This document shows, piece by piece, positions 58,010 to 64,000 of a DNA stretch of 64,000 nt (position 1 is the stretch's first letter; every line of letters starts with the position of its first letter). The stretch comes from Candidatus Eiseniibacteriota bacterium (GTDB taxonomy: Bacteria > Eisenbacteria > RBG-16-71-46 > CAIMUX01 > VGJL01): the NCBI GenBank assembly GCA_963792585.1, contig CAWBWI010000002.1, positions 192,001-256,000 of the forward strand, in the 5' to 3' direction. Position numbers and translations under genes: made by a program. The notes below the pieces were generated by a model. The model saw only the letters and a program-made list of their open reading frames with translations. It made no database searches and had not been told where the DNA came from.

Positions 58010-59827
58010 TTACCGGAGCAGCAGGACTCTCGTGCACGCCGTCTCGCCCCCCGATCGCAACCTTGCGAAATAGACGCCGCTCGGCAGATGCCGGCCCGCG
58101 GAGTCCCGGCCAAGCCATCGGACTTGGTGACTTCCCGCCGGCATCGAGCCGTGCGCGAGCGTTGCGATCACGCGACCGTCGACCGCCAGGATCGAAAGAT
58201 CTGCCGTTGCGGCGTGCTCGAGCACGTACTGGAGAGTCGGGCCCGCCGGCCCCGGGGTGCGGTCCAGGATGCCGAGGGACAGCCGGCGTCTTTCGTTTCC
58301 GTCCAACGCTCCCGCAGCCGGGTAGCTGAGCATGATCCCCATCCGATCGGCGGCGGCATGCGTGGCATGGGCGGAGATCGCGGAGAAGGAGAAGGAATTG
58401 AATTCGAAAGTCTCGAGATCGTACCCGAGTCCGATCGATCGCTGCTCCCATCCATACGTCGAGCCCGCGAGCGGGGCGTGTGGGGCCGATGCGGGAAGTG
58501 TGGGCGGCATGAAGGCGTGATCGTCGCCAGGCAGCATGAACTCCCAAAGGACCGAGTCTCCGGCGGCGTTTCGCAGGAGCGCCTGCTGGAGATGGACCGC
58601 CGGGCTGCCGTTGGCCAGGTTCGCGGCGTCGTTCCAGGAGAAGCCCCCATCCGTGTACGCCAGGTCCAGCTGCTTGAAGAAACTGCCCATCGACTCCGTG
58701 TAGGTCTGCGGATGTGGACCCCGACTCAGGAGCACCAGCAAGTCGTCACTTGACGACATGCTCACGGTAGCGGCCGGGAAGTACCCCATCCCGGAAAACT
58801 CACCGGCCGCCGGCGTGGTCGTCAGGGAAACCGCTCCGGCGCAGGGGCCCGACCCGGCGGGGCAGGTGAGTGAGTTCAGGCCGAGAGGCACCAGACGGCC
58901 CAGGCCGGTCTGGTCGTCGAGGTCGCCGATGGAGAGGCAGTAGGCCGTCCCACCGTCGGGCACGTTCTCGAGATTCAACGTGACCGTCGTTTGAAGATCG
59001 GGGTCGACGTTCAAATCGGCCGTGGCCATGTCTCCCGTCACCACCAGATTCAACATGTCGGTCTCTCGCCACTGAACGTAGGGGAGCAGCTCCTCCATCG
59101 GCGCCCCCGAGAGGATCGCGTCGGTCGGGATCCTGCCCGAAATCGCCGCGAGCGTGGCCTCGCCGGCGGGCAACCGCAGGACGTAATGGTCCTTGACGAT
59201 CTCGATGAACAACTCCCACTGCTGCGGGATGAAACAATTGGAGGGAACCTCGACCGGCTGCCCCATGACATCGATCGTCTCGGGAGGGCCGAAGAAGTGG
59301 CCAGCGTCGAAGCCAAGCAGGTCATCCATCCGCATCGACGGGACGACGATGGCCATGTCGAGATTGCCGTCCCCCACGTGGAATGAGCCGTTGTTGACGT
59401 CGATCCCGGAGACGGCGTCGCCGACGTTGTAGAGAGGGCCGACCGGGGCGATGGGTGAAAGGGGGATGACGGAGTCGTTCGCATCGACCGAGACGAGCGT
59501 GAAGAAACGGAAGCCCTCGGCCCCGGCGGTGATCATCAGGGGGCCCTGAAGCGCAGGGTTCGTGAAGGTGATTTCTCCGGTGGCCGACGTGAGCCCGTAG
59601 TTGCCCGGATAGAAGGCGCCCGGCATCGTGCCGACCATGACGAATGCGCCCGCCACGGGACTGGTCGTCCCGGCCTGGACGACGCGGACGTGAACCTGCC
59701 CGGCGATGGGGCCTCCTCCCGTGCCGCCCAGCGAGTCCGGCGGCGCCTCGCGAAGCGCCTGTGCTTGACCAAGGCAAGTCACGCTGAGAACCAGAATTGC
59801 ACAAAGTGGGGCGGCGAGCGGTTTCAT
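58010..59827 (-). CDS. Secreted hypothetical protein with C-terminal FlgD-Ig/T9SS-like domain
   Basis: Signal peptide MKPLAAPLCAILVLSVTCLGQAQA; carboxypeptidase-regulatory-like PVAGAFV..G...T...G; tail VDGRVIATL...WLGRDSAGRHLPSGVYFARL. Confidence 0.8.
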   Translation of the reverse strand: MKPLAAPLCAILVLSVTCLGQAQALREAPPDSLGGTGGGPIAGQVHVRVVQAGTTSPVAGAFVMVGTMPGAFYPGNYGLTSATGEITFTNPALQGPLMITAGAEGFRFFTLVSVDANDSVIPLSPIAPVGPLYNVGDAVSGIDVNNGSFHVGDGNLDMAIVVPSMRMDDLLGFDAGHFFGPPETIDVMGQPVEVPSNCFIPQQWELFIEIVKDHYVLRLPAGEATLAAISGRIPTDAILSGAPMEELLPYVQWRETDMLNLVVTGDMATADLNVDPDLQTTVTLNLENVPDGGTAYCLSIGDLDDQTGLGRLVPLGLNSLTCPAGSGPCAGAVSLTTTPAAGEFSGMGYFPAATVSMSSSDDLLVLLSRGPHPQTYTESMGSFFKQLDLAYTDGGFSWNDAANLANGSPAVHLQQALLRNAAGDSVLWEFMLPGDDHAFMPPTLPASAPHAPLAGSTYGWEQRSIGLGYDLETFEFNSFSFSAISAHATHAAADRMGIMLSYPAAGALDGNERRRLSLGILDRTPGPAGPTLQYVLEHAATADLSILAVDGRVIATLAHGSMPAGSHQVRWLGRDSAGRHLPSGVYFARLRSGGETACTRVLLLR

Positions 59828-59984
59828 GGGGGTCCTTTCCGGCGGTGTCGTGCTCCTCGGCCGAGCGGACCGGGCCCGTCGACCGCGATCGATGCCGGAT
59901 GATTCTACCACGAAACCGGTGGCGTGGGTCGCGGGCAAGTCCCGGCTCCCCTCACCCCTGGAGCCGCGACCGGGCTCGGCCCGG

Positions 59985-62651
59985 TCAGATCGGCATCCAG
60001 TAGGTGATCTTCGCGAGGAAGACGTTCTCCGGCTCGTTCTTGAAGAGCGACTCGGTGTTCATCCCGTTGCGAAAACCAGTGGGGTCAGCAGAGAACCGGC
60101 GCTCGACGTACGACGCGCGACCGTGGGTCCAGACCAGGAAGAAGGTGCTCCCCGGACGGTACTCCCAACGGTAGACCGTATTGAGATTCATGGATGCATA
60201 GCGGAAGTCATAGCCTCGGACATCGAATCCGGCAGGCTCGTAGGGGATGAGATGGTATGTGTCCGGTTGGGCGAGTTCCCTTGGCCGCTGATAGCTCCCG
60301 ATCGTGAGGAAGGGTTGGGCGTAGATCTCCAGCGATTGGCTTCGGCTGAACAGCAGGCTGGTCCGTAGGGTCCCATCGAGCGTCTTCTGATCGATCTCGC
60401 CGAAGACGTAGCTCACGCCGCCGATCCCTCCGCCCGGGTTCTCGAAGTTGTCGAGGTGCTGGGTGTCATCCCGGCGCGTCTCGAAGTGGATCTCGAAATC
60501 GTGACGCACGGCTCCGGTCTGGTTCCAGCCGAGCCCGGCGGCGATCTCGCGAACCAGATTCTTCGCCCGGTCGACGGAGTAGGTTCCGTTCATGGAGACG
60601 ATCCAGGGCTTCCGCGTGTCGGTGCTGACCCCGAGCCATGAAGTGTAGGTGGCCGGCTCGCCGATCAGGGGACCTCCGCCGGGAATCGCCGCCTGGCCAC
60701 CCGCCTGGAGGCGGACCGAGTTGCGGGTCTCATAGCGCTGCGTCCCTTCGAACTGGTAGGAGAATCCGCTATCCAACTCCCAGAAGTTGCGGAGTTGTGT
60801 CCACCCGTTCACGTTCGTGGAGGAGAGGCCCCGGTGCCCGCGGCCATACGACCAGGTCCGCTCTCCCGACTGCAGGTCGAGGCCCGTGCGACCCGCGTAC
60901 ATCCAACTCGGATTGGCATTGAAGTTGAGGTTTGCGCGCTTGAACAAGCCGTCCTTGCCGTTCGGGTTGTAGCGCCACTGCACCCAGGCCGATGCGCCGA
61001 TGTCGTCGGATGCTCGCAGATAGCCTGCGTCGTTGAGATTGAGGTGCGTCGAGGTCCAGCGACCGCTCAACGATCCCGACCAGACCGCGCCGCTTCGTTG
61101 GGCGCCCACGTGCCCTCCCGTTCCGTACGAACGGGCCGGCCGGAAGCTCGGATCGGCGGAGCGTCCTTCCGGGGAGATCACCGAACCGACGAACGAACCG
61201 TCGATGCGATAGAGGCGATCCTTGAACAGGACCGAGGCGTCCGCGCCCGTCGTATAGGCTTCCCGGGATCCCAGGTCACCGAATCGATCCCGGCTGCCCG
61301 GCCGCACGACTGCGGTCTGCATGATGTTGAAACGCTGCTTCCCGCCCTGGAATTCCTTCCCGAACCGCCCGACGAAGTAGTTCGCCTGCGGCGAGCCTCC
61401 CATGAACGGGTTGTGCGTCTGGCCGCGTCCCGTGACATCGGTGGTCGCCATGAGGGCGCCGATCGACACCCCGTCTTGCGTCTTTCCGGTTAGTTTTGCG
61501 GCGCCCCGGATGCGCGAGGTCTCGTCCCCGGTACCGATCCGGCGGGAATAGAAGAGATCGAAGGCCTGTTGGTCGAAGTAGCGACTTCCCTCGGTGAAGA
61601 ACGGCCTCTTCTCCTGCAGGAATACTTCGAATGGCGACAGGTTCAAGACGGCCGGGTCCGCCTCGACCTGCCCGAAGTCGGGCTGAATCGTCGCGTTCAG
61701 CGCGAGGTTGGAGGTGATTCCGTACATCAGGTCGGCCCCGACGTTCTGGGACCGGTCGATCTCATCGGTACCGGGGGCGGAGGGATCCGTGCCCCGGGTC
61801 ACGACGTAGGGGAGCAGGGCGAGTTGCCGTGGAGAGCGAACGTCGTGGATGCCCTCCAGGTGGCCGAACCGGCTGACGAATCCCGGCGTCTGTCTGTCCC
61901 AAACGACCCAAGCGTCCATCTCGCCGCGCGCGTGGATCTTCCGAAAGACGTTGAGCCCCCACGACGAAATGTCCGACCGGTAGCGGATGGAGGAGAAGGG
62001 TATCCGCATCTCCGCATACCACCCGTCCTCGTCCTGGGACGCTTCCGCCTGCCAAACGGCGTCCCAGTCCGTATTCTCCTGGCCGTCATCGAACACGGTG
62101 CCGTCCTGCTGGACCCCCGCCGGGTTGACGAAGAAGAAGTACCCCGTCGTCAGGTCGTGGTAGGGATCGATGTAGATGCCGACTCCGTCGGACTCGCTCT
62201 CGCGGTCGCGCCGGGCGAGCTTCTTGGTGATCATCTGCGCATCCGGCTCCACGCAGGAGAAGGCGAAGTAAACCGCATCCTCATCATAGGCGGTCTTGAA
62301 CACGGTGCTCTGGTAGCCTGCGGCGCCGCGCTCCGGATCCCAGGTCCTGAATCCGGTCCCGCCGTCGGCGCTCGCCCACACCGGATCATCGAGCTTTCCG
62401 TCGACCACGATCGTCCCGCCGTTGTCCAGGCGGAGGGCCTGAATCGAGGGAACCTCGATCCCCGGCCCGGCCCCGGCCGGGGGAGGCGCTTGCGCCTCCT
62501 CGGGAGAGAAGGAGCTGAAGGAAGCCCCTGCGGGCGAGGGGAGGGTGAGAACGGCCAGGCAGAGGAGGAGGGGGAGACGCAGGACGCGCAGTTCACGCCG
62601 TGGCGCTCCTCTCCCGATCACCGCCGCCGAGAACATCCTGGCTCTATTCAT
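59985..62651 (-). CDS. CBM9-like + DUF5916 outer-membrane protein
   Basis: VDGKLDDPVW, F.VNPAGVQQD, WDAVW, EMRIPFSSIRY, QPDFGQVEADPAVLNLSPFE..LQEKRPFF.EG, FYSRRIG, LRWEYRPGS-like, terminal KITYW. Confidence 0.85.
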   Translation of the reverse strand: MNRARMFSAAVIGRGAPRRELRVLRLPLLLCLAVLTLPSPAGASFSSFSPEEAQAPPPAGAGPGIEVPSIQALRLDNGGTIVVDGKLDDPVWASADGGTGFRTWDPERGAAGYQSTVFKTAYDEDAVYFAFSCVEPDAQMITKKLARRDRESESDGVGIYIDPYHDLTTGYFFFVNPAGVQQDGTVFDDGQENTDWDAVWQAEASQDEDGWYAEMRIPFSSIRYRSDISSWGLNVFRKIHARGEMDAWVVWDRQTPGFVSRFGHLEGIHDVRSPRQLALLPYVVTRGTDPSAPGTDEIDRSQNVGADLMYGITSNLALNATIQPDFGQVEADPAVLNLSPFEVFLQEKRPFFTEGSRYFDQQAFDLFYSRRIGTGDETSRIRGAAKLTGKTQDGVSIGALMATTDVTGRGQTHNPFMGGSPQANYFVGRFGKEFQGGKQRFNIMQTAVVRPGSRDRFGDLGSREAYTTGADASVLFKDRLYRIDGSFVGSVISPEGRSADPSFRPARSYGTGGHVGAQRSGAVWSGSLSGRWTSTHLNLNDAGYLRASDDIGASAWVQWRYNPNGKDGLFKRANLNFNANPSWMYAGRTGLDLQSGERTWSYGRGHRGLSSTNVNGWTQLRNFWELDSGFSYQFEGTQRYETRNSVRLQAGGQAAIPGGGPLIGEPATYTSWLGVSTDTRKPWIVSMNGTYSVDRAKNLVREIAAGLGWNQTGAVRHDFEIHFETRRDDTQHLDNFENPGGGIGGVSYVFGEIDQKTLDGTLRTSLLFSRSQSLEIYAQPFLTIGSYQRPRELAQPDTYHLIPYEPAGFDVRGYDFRYASMNLNTVYRWEYRPGSTFFLVWTHGRASYVERRFSADPTGFRNGMNTESLFKNEPENVFLAKITYWMPI

Positions 62652-62842
62652 CGGTCCATCTCCTTCGACGTGAGGTTCGCTGCGCCTCCGGGTGCGCGGT
62701 CGAGGTCATAGACGGATCCCGCGGCCGCGGCGTTCATCGGAAACGGAGATTGCATCCCGGGAGAAGAATTTCACCTGCGGTGCGCTGCACGTCCGCGCGT
62801 CGAGAGATAGACTCTCCCCGGGGCGGCGGTCGCCCTGAGGGG

Positions 62843-63412
62843 ATGAAGATTCCAATGGACGCGATCGAACTGATCCTCAGCCGCCGAAGCGTGCGGGCAT
62901 ATACGGACGAGCTTCTGGATGACGGACAGATCAACATGCTCCTTCGGGCGGCAATGGCCGCTCCGACCGCGATCAATCAGAAGCCGTGGGAGTTCGTGGT
63001 CGTGACCGACCCCGAAATCCTCGCGCGGCTTCGGGAGCGACTCGTCTTCGGGCGCTACCACGCGCCGTGCGCGATCGCGGTCTGCGGAAACCGGCGCTTC
63101 GCGCATCCGGCCAACGGCTGGTCGTACTGGGAACAGGATTGCAGCGCCGCGACGGAGAATCTGTTGATCGCCGCGGCCGGCCTCGGTCTCGGGACCGTGT
63201 GGATCGGAGTGCATCCGCTGCCAAGCGTGGTTCGATCGGTCTCCTCGATCCTGAACCTGCCCGAGGAAGTCGTTCCCCTGAACGTGGTCTATGTGGGACA
63301 TCCCGCGGAAACGCCGGAACCCCGGACGCAGTTCGACCCTCGGCGCGTTCACCTGCAGGTGTACGAGCCCCGCAAGCCGCGGGCGCGCGAGAAGAACCCT
63401 AAGAAGGGGTGA
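62843..63412 (+). CDS. Nitroreductase family protein
   Basis: RRSVRAY, AAMAAPTAINQKPWEF, QDCSAATENLLIAA..LGLGTVWIG. Confidence 0.9.
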   Translation: MKIPMDAIELILSRRSVRAYTDELLDDGQINMLLRAAMAAPTAINQKPWEFVVVTDPEILARLRERLVFGRYHAPCAIAVCGNRRFAHPANGWSYWEQDCSAATENLLIAAAGLGLGTVWIGVHPLPSVVRSVSSILNLPEEVVPLNVVYVGHPAETPEPRTQFDPRRVHLQVYEPRKPRAREKNPKKG

Positions 63413-63417
63413 TCGTC

Positions 63418-63446
63418 GACGGGGGGCGCATCGAACGACCCCCGTC
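63418..63446. terminator. GC-rich hairpin between convergent genes
   Basis: GACGGGGG-N13-CCCCCGTC; poly-U tail weak. Confidence 0.45.
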
Positions 63447-63457
63447 TTACGGGATGT

Positions 63458-63952
63458 TCAGTCCTTCCAGCGCTCCACCTGCCGCCGATGACGAAGGAGG
63501 TGGACGATTCCGTGTTCCAGGATCATCTCCGGGTCGTAGGTCGGTCCCCAGCGCACGGTGAAGGTGAGGCGGGCGACCTCCTCATCCGGTGCATCGTAGA
63601 GCCCTTCCAGGGCGCCCTCGGTGTACCGGAGCGCCTCGACCAGGAGAGGCCGGACGTCGAGAGGCGAGGCCACGCGAGCGGGATCCAACTGGAAGCGGTC
63701 GACGAAGGGGAGCCCGCGCGCCTGCCGGATGTAGTCGGCGTACCGGTGGGCGGCCCCGATCGCATGAATGCAGATCGCGCGGATTGAAATCGTGTCGGGA
63801 TCATCACTCGGACGTTCCCGCAGGAACCGTTCCGATGGGAGCGACCCGATCAGGCGGCAGAACTCCTCTGCCGCGCGGGCCGTTTCGTCCATCAGGGCGC
63901 CCAGAGCGCCGGATAGACCTGGGTGCGCGAGAAACGGATCGGGAGCGGACAT
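63458..63952 (-). CDS. DinB/YfiT-like protein
   Basis: SIRAICIH, EMILEHGIVHLLRHRRQ metal-binding His pattern; AGGAGG RBS. Confidence 0.75.
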   Translation of the reverse strand: MSAPDPFLAHPGLSGALGALMDETARAAEEFCRLIGSLPSERFLRERPSDDPDTISIRAICIHAIGAAHRYADYIRQARGLPFVDRFQLDPARVASPLDVRPLLVEALRYTEGALEGLYDAPDEEVARLTFTVRWGPTYDPEMILEHGIVHLLRHRRQVERWKD

Positions 63953-64000
63953 GACACCTCCTGGTTGGCACGTCATGCAAACCTCGGCCGGGACCGGTCA

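Noticed and set aside
1..64000. CRISPR arrays, tRNA/rRNA genes (including tRNA-Sec), prophage or defence systems
   Set aside because: No repeat-spacer arrays, cloverleafs or hallmark genes recognised by eye; Sec machinery, if present, lies outside this window.

Overview
High-GC bacterial window with about 50 genes. Five secreted proteins carry a C-terminal FlgD-Ig/T9SS-like domain, which suggests (by inference only) an FCB-related candidate phylum such as Eisenbacteria, Latescibacterota or Krumholzibacteriota. Strongest novel signal: a probable unannotated exported selenoprotein (51276-53138, minus). An in-frame UGA sits at the Cys position of a thioredoxin-fold U-x-x-S motif, is followed by an fdhF-type SECIS hairpin (GCAGGUCUGC, 15 nt after UGA), and links a Tat-like signal plus helical domain to a TlpA-like WCPPC domain. 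Other highlights: (i) a roughly 13-kb sulfur island (Rrf2, octaheme tetrathionate-reductase-type cytochrome, OTR-paralogous 7-heme/cytochrome b fusion, two YeeE/YedE proteins, one fused to a rhodanese-like domain and a SoxY-like GGCG tail, MOCOS-like desulfurase, trans-sulfuration lyase, DUF134/NifX, CoA-disulfide reductase-rhodanese); (ii) a hemerythrin/two-cytochrome c/PNPOx/PNPOx-GAF-wHTH operon with a phased direct-repeat operator; (iii) a Czc-type RND operon with a Cys-rich leader ORF and C-x-E-H...CxxC repeats; (iv) a complete IS1380; (v) a FixL/FixJ-like two-component system with a repeated operator upstream of a B12 radical SAM gene; (vi) a heavily frameshifted stretch (about 28.4-32.5 kb), most likely sequencing error. 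No rRNA, tRNA or CRISPR array was seen. All family assignments come from motif recognition, not database searches.
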